A DNA stretch of 64,000 nucleotides, from positions 17,765-81,764 of the forward strand of contig JAZDOG010000056.1 of the NCBI GenBank assembly GCA_043798915.1, read 5' to 3'. Below are positions 7,792-18,263 of this stretch, one piece after another; position 1 is the stretch's first letter, and each line of letters opens with the position of its first letter. Both the position numbers and the translations under genes were made by a program. The notes beneath the pieces were generated by a model that had not been told where the DNA came from, did no database searches, and saw only the letters and a program-made list of their open reading frames with translations. Origin of the DNA: Pseudomonadota bacterium. GTDB lineage: Bacteria; UBA10199; 2-02-FULL-44-16; JAAZCA01.

Positions 7792-9897
7792 ATGACAAAG
7801 GCACAATCGAGAAGCGCGCTGCGCACGCTGGGTTTCGCAACGATCCTGATAATCCTCGCCACGGCGATATTCCCTTCCGCCGTCGCAAGGCTGGAGGACC
7901 GGCTCCTCCGCGCGCTGTCACCGATCGCCAGGCCTGCTTCAAAGCCCACGGAGATCGTCATCGCAGCCATAGACGAACGCTCGTTCAAGGAGCTCGGCAG
8001 CTGGCCATGGGGCCGGGGCGCCTTCATGCAGCTGATCGACCGTCTCCGTTCAAGCGACGCCGGGCTCATAGTGTTCGAGTCGCGAGTGGCTGACGAAGCG
8101 AACCTCGCCGACATGCGCCTTCCCGTGATGAGGGAGGGAGGCACGGACATCGTCGCGGGATACCGCTTCTATCCGACGCTTGCCGACATGCCGCCGGCAT
8201 CGGAGCGCACAGGCGATAACGACGAGTCGGTCGAGGACAAGCTCGCGTTCCTCTCGACGCCATCCGACGACGCGAGCCTGCCGACGATGGCCGGGGTGAA
8301 GATAAACCGGTTCACGCCGGCGGAGCGCCTCCTCGTCGTCGAGGGGTTCGGCAACCTCTTCCCGGATGCCGACGGCGTCGTGAGAGGACAGCCGCTTGCA
8401 GCCAGGCTGGGTCACCGCGTATTTCCCGCCCTGCCGCTCGTTGCGGCGGCTGAGTGGATGGGCTTCACGCCGATCATCTCGGAGAATGGCTCCGGACGCC
8501 CTGCCGGTGCGGCGATCGGCAACATGAGGATCGAGACCGGCCGCGATATGCGGCTCGAGCTGGATTTCCGCGGCGGCAGGAGTTCGTTCTCGACATTCTC
8601 CGCAGCCGACATCGTCGGCGGGCGCGTCCCGAAGGAGGCCCTCGACAACCACGTCGTCCTCGTCGGGATCACCGCGGCGGAGCTCGGTCATTATTACAGG
8701 ACGCCGATGGGGAGGATGGCGGCTGTCGAGATAACGGCAAATGCGATCGACGACATCCTCCTCGGCAGGAGCATCACGGCGTGGGGCGGAAGAATCCATC
8801 AGATGCTCTTCGTGATTGTCCTGGGGCTGGCGTTTTCGCTCCTGATCGCAAGATTGAATTCGCTGCAGCAGATCACCGTCGCCGCCGTCATCGCCGCATC
8901 GCTCATCGCAACCGAAACCCTCGTCCTCAGGCACACGGACATCTGGCTGCCGGCCGCATGGCCCGCCGTCGCCGCAGCCATACTTCTGGCCGTATCCCTC
9001 GCATGGCGGTCGGTCGCAGTTCATCTGCCGAGGATGAGGGTCAAGGCGGCGCTCTGCGGCCGAATCGGCGCGAACGGCATCGCAGCCATAGCATCCGACC
9101 CGTCCCTCATGTCGCCGAAGATAAGGCCGGTCGAGGTGACGGCGCTCTCGGCCGACATCAAGGGATTCGGCGCCATCGCGAGCCGCATCGCGCCCACGGA
9201 TCTGGCGAGGTTCCTGAAGGAATACCGCGGGCTCGTCTCGGATATCCTCATCCGGCACGGCGCGTTCATCGATTCGTGGGCCAGCGATGAATGCCGGGCG
9301 GTCTTCGGCGCACCGGTCCCAGGCGCCGGGCTTGAGCTCCCGGCGGCGCGCGCCGCGCTCGCGCTGCAGCGGATGACCGCATCTAAGCGCGATGATTGGG
9401 AAAAGACATACGGAATCGACAAGCTCCGCATCGGGATCGGGATCCAGAGCGGGACGGCCGCGGCCGGCAACGCCGGCGCTGCTGGCCCATCCCCCTTCGG
9501 CGTGACCGGCGGCGCCGTCGAGGCATCCTGCATGCTCCGCGCCTTGAACCGCATCTACAGGACATCCATACTGGTCGGCGACGCCCCCGCGAAGGCCACC
9601 GGCGATGTATTCAAGTATCGCCCGCTCGACCCGGTCGCCCTCCGCGGCGAAACCTCGCAGGGCATGATCCACGAGCTCGTAGGCGAGGCCAAGATGTTCC
9701 TGCCCCAGATGGACAGGTACATGGAGGCCCGCAGCCACTATCTCAAGGGCGACTTTGCGGGCGCCGCGCATCTCTTCGAAGAGCTCCTCGCCGTCCACCC
9801 GCACGACGGGCCGTCGCACGTGCTCCTGCGCCGGTCGCTCGCGCTCTCAAAGAATCCGCCGGAATGGAAATGGGACGGGGTGTGGAAGAAATCCTAA
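7792..9897 (+). CDS. CHASE2-domain membrane protein with a degenerate class III nucleotide cyclase domain and a C-terminal TPR-like tail
   Basis: IDERS..ELGSWPWGR, DADGVVR and VVLVG (CHASE2); three TMs; SADIKGF and IGIGIQSG; C-terminal DGPS...WDGVW. Start is 7774 or 7792. Confidence 0.85.
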   Translation: MTKAQSRSALRTLGFATILIILATAIFPSAVARLEDRLLRALSPIARPASKPTEIVIAAIDERSFKELGSWPWGRGAFMQLIDRLRSSDAGLIVFESRVADEANLADMRLPVMREGGTDIVAGYRFYPTLADMPPASERTGDNDESVEDKLAFLSTPSDDASLPTMAGVKINRFTPAERLLVVEGFGNLFPDADGVVRGQPLAARLGHRVFPALPLVAAAEWMGFTPIISENGSGRPAGAAIGNMRIETGRDMRLELDFRGGRSSFSTFSAADIVGGRVPKEALDNHVVLVGITAAELGHYYRTPMGRMAAVEITANAIDDILLGRSITAWGGRIHQMLFVIVLGLAFSLLIARLNSLQQITVAAVIAASLIATETLVLRHTDIWLPAAWPAVAAAILLAVSLAWRSVAVHLPRMRVKAALCGRIGANGIAAIASDPSLMSPKIRPVEVTALSADIKGFGAIASRIAPTDLARFLKEYRGLVSDILIRHGAFIDSWASDECRAVFGAPVPGAGLELPAARAALALQRMTASKRDDWEKTYGIDKLRIGIGIQSGTAAAGNAGAAGPSPFGVTGGAVEASCMLRALNRIYRTSILVGDAPAKATGDVFKYRPLDPVALRGETSQGMIHELVGEAKMFLPQMDRYMEARSHYLKGDFAGAAHLFEELLAVHPHDGPSHVLLRRSLALSKNPPEWKWDGVWKKS

Positions 9898-11021
9898 ACC
9901 TCGAGCTTCTTCGGAAATCCTGACAGGACATCGCAACCGCTCTTCGTGACGAAGACCAGATCCTCGATGCGCACGCCGCCGATCGCCTTGTAGTAGAGGC
10001 CCGGTTCTACGCTCATCACGTTGCCGGCCTTGAGGATGAAGTCCCGCCCCGCAATCCTCGCCGGCTCCTCATGTATCTCGAGTCCGACGGAGTGGCCGGT
10101 GCCGTGAAAAAAACCCTGCATGCGTCCGCCCTTCTCGCCGCTCACATAACCCCTGTTTCCGAAAAGGGCGTGGATAGACTCGTGTATCTTTCTGCCGTTG
10201 ATGCCAGCACGAACCATCGAGATGCCAAGTGCCTGCCCATCCTTCACCGTCGCATACATCCTCTTCAGCGCGTCGGGTGCGCGGCCCTTGCAGAACGTGC
10301 GAGTCGCATCGCCGAAGTAACCCGTCTTTACCGAGCGCGGAAAGATATCCACGATGATGGATTTATGGGGCATAAGCGGCCCCGCGCCCACGTCATGAGG
10401 GTCGATCGAGTGGCGGCCGCAGGCGACGATGGTGTCCGAGCCGACGAAGCCGCGCTCGAGGAGAAAGACGTTGATCATCGTGCGCAAGCTGCCGGATGTG
10501 AGTGTGCGCCCCTTATAGACTATGCGGCTGCCCCTTATGCGGCTCGAGGCCAGCACATCGCGCGCCAGACCCATCGCAGCGAAGACAACGCGCTGCGAGG
10601 CGAGGATATGCCGCCGCTCCTCGGCGCCCTTCACGAAGCGATCCGGATAGAAAGGCGTGGGACCGGCCTCGACGCGAAAACCTTTTATTCGCAGCGCATC
10701 CACCAGCGTGAAGGGAGTTTCGCCCGGAACAACGAGCCGGTCGATGCCATGGTCCGCCAGTATTTCGCCGACGATATCGGCCTGACCCGGGGCTTTTTTC
10801 TTTCCAGCTGCGCGCGCGGCGTATGGATTGATCGAAAGGACGCGATCGACCTTCGACTCTCTGCGCGCCCGGTCGATCTCGAGATCGCTCATCACCATGT
10901 ATTTTTTTCCGGTCTTCTCAAAAAAAATAAACGCGTCCGGCGCGCGAAAACCGGTTGCATAATAGATATCTGCATTTTTTTCAGGATTATCATATATCAA
11001 ACGCGCTGTGACCATCGCCAC
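9894..11021 (-). CDS. Xaa-Pro peptidase (M24 family)
   Basis: DPH, IVDIFP, YFGDATRTF, HGTGHSVGLEIHE, VEPGLY and GVRIED metal-ligand motifs. Confidence 0.93.
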   Translation of the reverse strand: MAMVTARLIYDNPEKNADIYYATGFRAPDAFIFFEKTGKKYMVMSDLEIDRARRESKVDRVLSINPYAARAAGKKKAPGQADIVGEILADHGIDRLVVPGETPFTLVDALRIKGFRVEAGPTPFYPDRFVKGAEERRHILASQRVVFAAMGLARDVLASSRIRGSRIVYKGRTLTSGSLRTMINVFLLERGFVGSDTIVACGRHSIDPHDVGAGPLMPHKSIIVDIFPRSVKTGYFGDATRTFCKGRAPDALKRMYATVKDGQALGISMVRAGINGRKIHESIHALFGNRGYVSGEKGGRMQGFFHGTGHSVGLEIHEEPARIAGRDFILKAGNVMSVEPGLYYKAIGGVRIEDLVFVTKSGCDVLSGFPKKLEV

Positions 11022-11184
11022 CTCCGGATTAAAAAACCGGATTAAAAAACTTTACTTTCAAACCACGATTCGCTAGAGGCCGGAGTGATCCCCGCAACTC
11101 AAGTGAAATTCTAAAAGGTTCGCATCGTACGAACCTTATTGTTATCTGTTTTTTGCTGTCCGATTCGCAACTCGCGAGAACTAA

Positions 11185-11823
11185 ATGTTTCAAGAAGCTT
11201 TGTCCAACAAAAACCTTTCGAAGGCGACGAGAGCCGCTTTGGCTTTTTCTGCCGTGGCGCTCGTGGTCCTGCTCTCTTCGTGCGCACCCTATCAGGCCAG
11301 GCACAAGGCCGGCGCTTTCCACTCGCGCGGCGAGGCGTCCTGGTACGGGCCCGGTTTCGCCGGCCACAAGACCGCCAACGGAGAGAGGTACAACCCAAAA
11401 GCGCTCACCGCGGCGCACCGCACGCTGCCATTCGGCACGATGCTCAAGGTCACGAACGCTGAAAACGGCAAGTCGGTCGTGGTCCGCATCAACGACCGCG
11501 GGCCTTTCGTCAAAAACCGCATCATCGACCTCTCCAAGTCGGCGGCGCAGCGCATCGACATGATGGGGTCCGGCATCGCCCGCGTGGAGCTGGCACTGCT
11601 GTCCGGGGCCGACGATAGCGACGACATGGAGGATGCCGCCCTGCCCGACCGCAGCGGCGTATCCGTGCTCATATCCCGCGAGCCGAAGATAAAACGAGCC
11701 GCCAAGCATAATAAGATCGAAGACGAAGCAGCGAGCCCGCCCGCCGAAGAAAAAACCGCCACACACGACGAAAAAGAAGAGGCCGCCAGCAAGCCCGCAG
11801 AGGCCGAAGAAGAAGGCTTCTGA
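11185..11823 (+). CDS. rlpA: RlpA-family lipoprotein (DPBB lytic transglycosylase) with an acidic tail
   Basis: Lipobox [37 protein letters not shown] and RIIDLS. Confidence 0.92.
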   Translation: MFQEALSNKNLSKATRAALAFSAVALVVLLSSCAPYQARHKAGAFHSRGEASWYGPGFAGHKTANGERYNPKALTAAHRTLPFGTMLKVTNAENGKSVVVRINDRGPFVKNRIIDLSKSAAQRIDMMGSGIARVELALLSGADDSDDMEDAALPDRSGVSVLISREPKIKRAAKHNKIEDEAASPPAEEKTATHDEKEEAASKPAEAEEEGF

Positions 11824-11889
11824 ATTTGACTTTCGCCCGCCCTTCCAGTAAACCCAGCCCCGCGTTGAAGAGCAGCCAGGAGGTCGCAA

Positions 11890-13440
11890 ATGCCTTCCGA
11901 ATTCAGAAACGAAGCCCTCACCGATTTTTCGAAGCCGGACAATAAAAAGAAGATGGGGGAGGCCCTGGCCCTCGTCGCCGGAGAGCTCGGCCGCGAATAT
12001 CCGCTCGTGATAGGCGGCAGCAAGGTTTTGTGCCGCGAGAAAATTCGCTCGACCAATCCCGCCGACCAGTCTCAGGTGGTCGGAATTGTCCAGAAGGGAA
12101 CGCGCAAAGAGGCGATCGAGGCGATCGACGCGGCGTGGGCCGCCTTTGAAACTTGGAAGAGCGCTTCGGTTGAGCTGCGAGCGGACTATCTCTTCAGGAT
12201 AGCCGCCAAGATGCGCGAGCGAAAATTCGAACTCGCATCATGGATGATTTTTGAGATCGGCAAAAGCTGGGGCGAGGCGGACGGCGACGTCGCGGAGGCG
12301 ATAGACTTCTGCGAATTCTATGGCCGGGAGGCGATACGCCTCGGGGGTTCGCATCCCTGTCTGCCCTGGCCCGGCGAGACGAACGAAACGGTCTACATCC
12401 CGCTCGGCGCGGGCGCAGTGGTCCCCCCCTGGAACTTTCCCCTAGCGATCCTCGTCGGAATGACGACCGCTGCCGTCGCAGCGGGCAACACGGTGGTTCT
12501 GAAACCAGCCAGCGACACCCCTGTCATCGCAGCGAAGTTCATGGAGATCACCGAAGAGGTGAAGCTCCCTCCCGGCGTCGTCAATTTCGTCAGCGGCAGC
12601 GGGGCAGATGCCGGCGAAGAGATGGTAGCGAATCCGCGGATCCGCTTCATCTCCTTCACCGGTTCGCGCGAAGTGGGGCTGCACATCACGGAGGAGGCGG
12701 CAAGGCCGCGCGAAGGTCAGAGGTGGATCAAGAGGGTGATCGCGGAGATGGGCGGCAAAGACGCGATAATCGTCGACAGCGAGGCAGATTTTGAGGCCGC
12801 AGTCGAGGGCGTAGCCGTCTCCGCATTCGGCTTTCAGGGCCAGAAGTGCTCGGCCTGCTCGCGCGCCATCGTGGACGAGAAGATCTACGACGCATTCATC
12901 GAGGCGTTGAAAAATCGCGTCGAAAAAATAGCCGTGGGGCCCACCGGGGATCCGGCCAACTGGATGGGGCCGGTCTCAAGCAAGAGCGCCTACGACAAGG
13001 TGAAAAACTACATCGAGACGGGCAGGCGCGAGGGACAGCTCGTGTGCGGCGGCGAATATTCCGACAAGGCGGGTTTCTTCATTCAGCCGACGGTCTTCGC
13101 CGACATCCTGCCCTCCGCGCGCCTTGCACAGGAGGAGATCTTCGGTCCGGTGCTCTCGGTCATCAGGGCAAAGGACTTCGACGAGGCGATCTCCATCTTC
13201 AACGGGACGGATTACGGCCTGACCGGCGGCGTCTTCACAAAAAACCCGGCAAAGATCTCGCGGGCGAAGGCCGAATGTTTCTGCGGCAACTTCTATATCA
13301 ACAGGAAGATCACCGGCGCGCTCGTGGGCGTGCAGCCCTTCGGCGGCTACAACCTGTCCGGCACCTGCTCCAAGGCCGGCGGCAGCGACTATCTTCTGCT
13401 CTTCCTGCAGGCTAAATCGATCTGCGAGAAGACCCAGTAG
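11890..13440 (+). CDS. pruA: Delta-1-pyrroline-5-carboxylate dehydrogenase
   Basis: FRNEA..DFS, EAIDFCEFY, PPWNFP, FTGS, EMGGKD, FQGQKCSAC and EEIFGP. Confidence 0.95.
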   Translation: MPSEFRNEALTDFSKPDNKKKMGEALALVAGELGREYPLVIGGSKVLCREKIRSTNPADQSQVVGIVQKGTRKEAIEAIDAAWAAFETWKSASVELRADYLFRIAAKMRERKFELASWMIFEIGKSWGEADGDVAEAIDFCEFYGREAIRLGGSHPCLPWPGETNETVYIPLGAGAVVPPWNFPLAILVGMTTAAVAAGNTVVLKPASDTPVIAAKFMEITEEVKLPPGVVNFVSGSGADAGEEMVANPRIRFISFTGSREVGLHITEEAARPREGQRWIKRVIAEMGGKDAIIVDSEADFEAAVEGVAVSAFGFQGQKCSACSRAIVDEKIYDAFIEALKNRVEKIAVGPTGDPANWMGPVSSKSAYDKVKNYIETGRREGQLVCGGEYSDKAGFFIQPTVFADILPSARLAQEEIFGPVLSVIRAKDFDEAISIFNGTDYGLTGGVFTKNPAKISRAKAECFCGNFYINRKITGALVGVQPFGGYNLSGTCSKAGGSDYLLLFLQAKSICEKTQ

Positions 13441-13444
13441 ACCC

Positions 13445-14362
13445 ATGGCGACAAAAATAAATAATTCTTCGACTGCAGCGAACGGACCGCGGAGATTCAG
13501 CTCGACGCTCTCGAAGCTGCTCGCCCCCTTCGCTCGCCGCTTCATAGCGGGAACCACGCTCTCGGAAGTGCTCGACGCCGCAGCGCGCCTCAAGGCCAAG
13601 GGCTTTTCAACCACGATAGACCATCTTGGCGAGAGCGTAGCTAATCCGGCTGAGGCGAAGGCCGCCGCACAACAATATGTCCTGATACTTCGCGCACTCA
13701 AAGAAAGGAAACTCGACCGCAATGTGTCGCTCAAGCTCACGCAGATGGGGCTGGCCTTCGATCCCGAGCTCTGCTCCCGGAATCTCGCGAACATCGTGGG
13801 CGCGGCCGAGGAGATGGGCGGCTTTATCCGAGTGGACATGGAAGGCTCGGATGTGACTCAGGCGACGCTCGGTGTCGTGTCTTGCGCCAAGAAAACAAAA
13901 GCCACGCCAGTCGGCACGGTGCTCCAGGCGATGCTGAAGAGAACCCCCGAGGATATCGTGGATATGCTCTCGCGCGGGATAAGCGTGAGGCTCTGCAAAG
14001 GCGCCTACAAGGAGCCCCCTGAGATCGCCTGGCGGAACATGCGGGAGATCAGGCGCGAGTTTGCGGGGCTGGCGAAGAGGCTTCTCACCTCCGGGTCGTA
14101 TCACGGGATCGCCACACACGATGAAAAGCTGATCCGGAATATCATGGCGTTTGCGCGCGCGCAGAAGATCGCGCCGGACAAGTTCGAGTTCCAGATGCTC
14201 TATGGCATCCGGCGCCCGCTTCAGAGGAGGATCGTCGCCGAAGGGTGGAGGCTCCGCATCTATGTGCCGTTCGGCAACGCGTGGCTCCCCTACACCTGGC
14301 GCAGGCTGCGCGAGCGAAGGGAAAACATCTGGTTCGTGGTGAAGGGTTTGTTTCAGGGATAA
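13445..14362 (+). CDS. Monofunctional proline dehydrogenase
   Basis: RRFIAG, SLKLTQMG, RVDME, RLCKGAYKE, IATHD, EFQMLYG and RRLRER. Confidence 0.93.
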   Translation: MATKINNSSTAANGPRRFSSTLSKLLAPFARRFIAGTTLSEVLDAAARLKAKGFSTTIDHLGESVANPAEAKAAAQQYVLILRALKERKLDRNVSLKLTQMGLAFDPELCSRNLANIVGAAEEMGGFIRVDMEGSDVTQATLGVVSCAKKTKATPVGTVLQAMLKRTPEDIVDMLSRGISVRLCKGAYKEPPEIAWRNMREIRREFAGLAKRLLTSGSYHGIATHDEKLIRNIMAFARAQKIAPDKFEFQMLYGIRRPLQRRIVAEGWRLRIYVPFGNAWLPYTWRRLRERRENIWFVVKGLFQG

Positions 14363-14380
14363 GTCAACCGTGGAGACAAT

Positions 14381-15577
14381 ATGACGAAGACCGAAAATTT
14401 TATCGCCGAGGTCGAGGAAGTTTCAGCGCACAACTATCACCCCCTCCCCGTGGTCTTTGCGCAGGCCGAGGGGATATGGGTCACGGATGTCGAGGGAAAG
14501 CGCTACATCGACATGCTCTCCGCATACTCCGCGGTCAACCAGGGCCACCGCCACCCGCGGATCATCCGGGCCCTCAAGGAGCAGGCGGACCGGCTCACCT
14601 TGAGCTCGCGCGCGTTCCACAACGACCAGATGGGTCCGTTCTTGCGAAAGCTCACAAAGCTCGCCGGCTACGACAAGGCGCTGCTGATGAACAGCGGCGC
14701 CGAGGCGGTGGAGAGCGCGATCAAGGCCGCGCGCCGGTGGGGCTACACGCGGAAAAACGTGCCCGAGGGAAAGGCAAAGATCATCGTCTGCGAGGGGAAC
14801 TTCCACGGCCGCACCACGACCATCGTTGGTTTTTCGACGAACCCGCTCTGCCGGACGCACTTCGGGCCGTTCACGCCCGGCTTCGAGATCATACCATATA
14901 ATGATGCGGATGCGCTCGAGCGTTCGATCGACGCGAACACGGTCGCCTTCCTCGTGGAGCCGATACAGGGCGAGGCCGGCGTCCTCGTCCCCGCAGAGGG
15001 CTACCTCAAGCGCTGCCGCGACATCACCAGGAAGCACAACGCGCTCCTCATCTGCGACGAGATCCAGACCGGTTTCGGCCGCACGGGGCGCATGTTCTGC
15101 AGCGACTGGGAAAATGTGCGGCCCGACATCGTCTGCGTCGGCAAAGCCCTCGGGGGCGGCGTCTATCCGGTATCGGGGATCCTCGCGGACAACCCCATCA
15201 TGGAGGCGGCGTTCGAGCCCGGCAACCACGGCTCGACCTTCGGCGGAAATCCGCTGGCCTGCGCGGTGGCCTCCGCATCGCTCGACGTCATCGTGGACGA
15301 GCATCTCACGGAGCGCTCCGCTGAGCTGGGCGACTATTTCCGCGGGGAGCTCAAGAAGATCGGCCACAAGAGGATCAAGGAGATCCGCGGCAGGGGTCTG
15401 CTCACCGGCGTCGAGCTCCACGACAAGGCGCGGCCGTTCTCTGAGGAGCTCATGCGCCGCGGGATACTGGCCAAGGAGACGCACGACTACTCCATCCGCT
15501 TCGCCCCGCCGCTCGTCATCACGAAGGATGAGCTCGCAGGGGCGACGAAGACGATATCCGAGGTATTGGGAAAATGA
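14381..15577 (+). CDS. rocD: Ornithine--oxo-acid aminotransferase
   Basis: AHNYHPLPVV, SAYSAVNQGH, FHGRT, EPIQGEAGV, DEIQTG, GKALGGG and HGSTFGGNPL. Confidence 0.96.
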   Translation: MTKTENFIAEVEEVSAHNYHPLPVVFAQAEGIWVTDVEGKRYIDMLSAYSAVNQGHRHPRIIRALKEQADRLTLSSRAFHNDQMGPFLRKLTKLAGYDKALLMNSGAEAVESAIKAARRWGYTRKNVPEGKAKIIVCEGNFHGRTTTIVGFSTNPLCRTHFGPFTPGFEIIPYNDADALERSIDANTVAFLVEPIQGEAGVLVPAEGYLKRCRDITRKHNALLICDEIQTGFGRTGRMFCSDWENVRPDIVCVGKALGGGVYPVSGILADNPIMEAAFEPGNHGSTFGGNPLACAVASASLDVIVDEHLTERSAELGDYFRGELKKIGHKRIKEIRGRGLLTGVELHDKARPFSEELMRRGILAKETHDYSIRFAPPLVITKDELAGATKTISEVLGK

Positions 15578-18252
15578 CACGCGAGCTCCCCAAGGCATAC
15601 GAACCCAAGGCCGTCGAAACGAAGTGGTACAGTTTCTGGGAATCCGGCGGCTACTTTCATGCTCCCGATTCACCAAAAGGGAAACAATACTGCATCGTCA
15701 TCCCGCCGCCCAACATCACGGGCGCCCTTCACATGGGACACGCGCTCAACGACACGCTGCAGGACATACTGATCAGGTGGAAGCGGATGCAGGGTTTCGC
15801 CTCGCTCTGGCAGCCGGGGACCGACCACGCCGGCATCGCAACCCAGAACGTCGTCGAACGCGAGCTCCTGAAGACCGAGAAGAAGCGCAGGCAGGAGATC
15901 GGCCGCGAGGCTTTGATCGAGCGCATCTGGAAGTGGAAGGAGAAGTACGGCGGCAGGATCCTCGAACAGCTCAAGGCCCTTGGCGCCTCCTGCGACTGGG
16001 AGCGCACGCGCTTCACGCTCGACGAAGGGCTCTCCCGCGCGGTGCGCGAGTGCTTCGTGAGGCTCTACGACGAAGGGCTCATCTACCGCGGGAAATACAT
16101 CGTCAACTGGTGCCCGCGCTGCCACACCGCGCTCGCCGACGATGAAGTCGATCACAAGGATGAGAAGGGCCGCCTCTGGCACATCCGCTATCCGTTCAAG
16201 GACGGAAAGGGGCATGTGGTCGTGGCTACGACGCGCCCGGAGACGATGCTGGGCGACACCGCCGTCGCGGTGAACCCGAAGGACGATCGCTATGCGGCGC
16301 TCCTCGGAAAACTCGTGAAGCTCCCGGGGACCTCACGCGAGATCCCCATCATAGCCGACGACTTCGTCGACTCTTCGTTCGGCACTGGCGCCGTCAAGGT
16401 GACGCCGGCCCACGACCCGAACGACTTCCAGATAGGCGAGCGGCACAACCTGCCGCGGATCAACGTGATGAACTCCGACGCGACGATGAGCGCGGAGGCC
16501 GGAAGCAAATACGCCGGGATGACGACGGCGGAGTGCCGGAAGAAGATCGTGAAGGGGCTCGAAGAGGCCGGCCTGCTCGAGAAGATCGAAGATCACGCGC
16601 ATGCGGTCGGCCACTGCTACCGCTGCCATACGACGATCGAACCGTGGCTCTCCGATCAGTGGTTCGTGAAGATGCGGCCCCTTGCCGAGGCCGCCATCCG
16701 CGCCACCGAAGAGGGAAAGGTCCGATTCCATCCTGACCGGTGGGAGTCCTTCTATCTGCAATGGCTGGAGAACGCGCGCGACTGGTGCATCTCTCGCCAG
16801 ATATGGTGGGGACATCGAATTCCGGTATGGTACTGCAAAAGAGACGGGGGAACCTGTCCCCCCATCGCCGCGCACGACACGCCGTCAAAATGCCCGCATT
16901 GCGGAGGAACGAATCTCGTTCAGGACGAGGACGTCCTCGACACGTGGTTCTCATCCGCCCTCTGGCCTTTCTCGACGCTCGGCTGGCCGGACACGACGCC
17001 GGAGCTTGCAGCATACTATCCGACCGCGACGCTCTCGACCGCCCGCGACATCATCTACTTCTGGGTCGCGCGGATGGTGATGATGGGGCTCAAGTTCATG
17101 GGCGACGTGCCCTTCCGCGACGTCTACATCCACGGGACGATCCTCGACGAACAGGGCCGCAGGATGAGCAAGTCGGCCGGCAACGGCATCGATCCGATCG
17201 ACATCATCGAAAAATACGGCGCGGATGCGATGAGATATTCGCTCATCGTCCTCTCGACCGAAGGCCAGGACTTGAAGCTCTCCGAATCAAAGTTCGAGAT
17301 GGGGCGCAACTTCTGCAACAAGCTGTGGAACGCCGCGCGATTCGCGATGATGAATCTGGAGGGCGCTCCAGTCACGGAGCCCGGCGAAAAGGATCTATCC
17401 CTTGCGGACAAGTGGATTTTGAACGGCCTGCAGTCGACGACAAACGCTATCGACGGGGAGCTCACGGCGTTCCATTTCAGCGTCGCGGCCCAGGAACTTT
17501 ATCGTTTCGTATGGAACGACTTCTGCGACTGGTATCTGGAAGCGGCAAAAATTGCGCTCAATGATCCCGCAAACGGCAAGGCGAGGGCGGCGGCGCAGCA
17601 CACGTTGAAGCGCGTCCTCTCTGATATCCTCAAGCTCCTCCATCCCTTCCTCCCCTTTGTCACGGAGGAGATATGGAGCCATCTGAACCCGGACGAAAAA
17701 CCGCTGATCGCCTCCGATTATCCAGTCGAGGGCGATCGTCCCTTTGTGCAGGAAGCCCTTTTCTTCGAAATGACGGTCAAGGAAGCCGTCGAAAAAATAC
17801 GGAACATTCGAGGCGAGAGCAACGTCGCGCCGGCAAAGAAAATACGGTCATCAATCTCCGTCATGAACGACGAAGGCCATGCCATGCTGGCTCAGAAAGA
17901 CTGTCCACGTTATGTGGAACACCTCGCTCGTGTGGAGAAGCACACATTCTGTAAAAAAGGCAAAGAGCCGGCCGAAACCCAGAAGGCCGCGACCTCCGTC
18001 GCTGCAAATCAGACCGTCTATATCCCGCTCTCCGGTCTGATCGACGTCGAGGCCGAGGTCGCCCGCCTCACGAAGGAGATCGCGCGCACGAATGGCGAGA
18101 TAGAGGTAAGCGAAAGGAAGCTGTCGAACGAGGCCTTTGTGAAGGGAGCGCCGGCTGAGATCGTCAAGCGCGAACAAGAACGCCAGGATGCATCCAGGGG
18201 CAAACTGAAGATGCTCAACGAGGCCCTTGCCAAAGCGCGTTCTCTATCGTAG
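15574..18252 (+). CDS. valS: Valine--tRNA ligase
   Basis: PPPNITGALHMGH, DWCISRQIWWGH, RMSKS and a C-terminal coiled coil. Confidence 0.98.
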   Translation: MTRELPKAYEPKAVETKWYSFWESGGYFHAPDSPKGKQYCIVIPPPNITGALHMGHALNDTLQDILIRWKRMQGFASLWQPGTDHAGIATQNVVERELLKTEKKRRQEIGREALIERIWKWKEKYGGRILEQLKALGASCDWERTRFTLDEGLSRAVRECFVRLYDEGLIYRGKYIVNWCPRCHTALADDEVDHKDEKGRLWHIRYPFKDGKGHVVVATTRPETMLGDTAVAVNPKDDRYAALLGKLVKLPGTSREIPIIADDFVDSSFGTGAVKVTPAHDPNDFQIGERHNLPRINVMNSDATMSAEAGSKYAGMTTAECRKKIVKGLEEAGLLEKIEDHAHAVGHCYRCHTTIEPWLSDQWFVKMRPLAEAAIRATEEGKVRFHPDRWESFYLQWLENARDWCISRQIWWGHRIPVWYCKRDGGTCPPIAAHDTPSKCPHCGGTNLVQDEDVLDTWFSSALWPFSTLGWPDTTPELAAYYPTATLSTARDIIYFWVARMVMMGLKFMGDVPFRDVYIHGTILDEQGRRMSKSAGNGIDPIDIIEKYGADAMRYSLIVLSTEGQDLKLSESKFEMGRNFCNKLWNAARFAMMNLEGAPVTEPGEKDLSLADKWILNGLQSTTNAIDGELTAFHFSVAAQELYRFVWNDFCDWYLEAAKIALNDPANGKARAAAQHTLKRVLSDILKLLHPFLPFVTEEIWSHLNPDEKPLIASDYPVEGDRPFVQEALFFEMTVKEAVEKIRNIRGESNVAPAKKIRSSISVMNDEGHAMLAQKDCPRYVEHLARVEKHTFCKKGKEPAETQKAATSVAANQTVYIPLSGLIDVEAEVARLTKEIARTNGEIEVSERKLSNEAFVKGAPAEIVKREQERQDASRGKLKMLNEALAKARSLS

Positions 18253-18263
18253 AGGTTTCCACA

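Noticed and set aside
11023..11050. Short direct repeat CCGGATTAAAAAA (two copies) upstream of the M24 peptidase
   Set aside because: Only two copies and no supporting context; it could be a local duplication.
17700..18020. Apparent low-GC patch in the valS 3' region as a second mosaic
   Set aside because: Hand-counted 60-mers (52-55% GC) are similar to another part of valS (55%).
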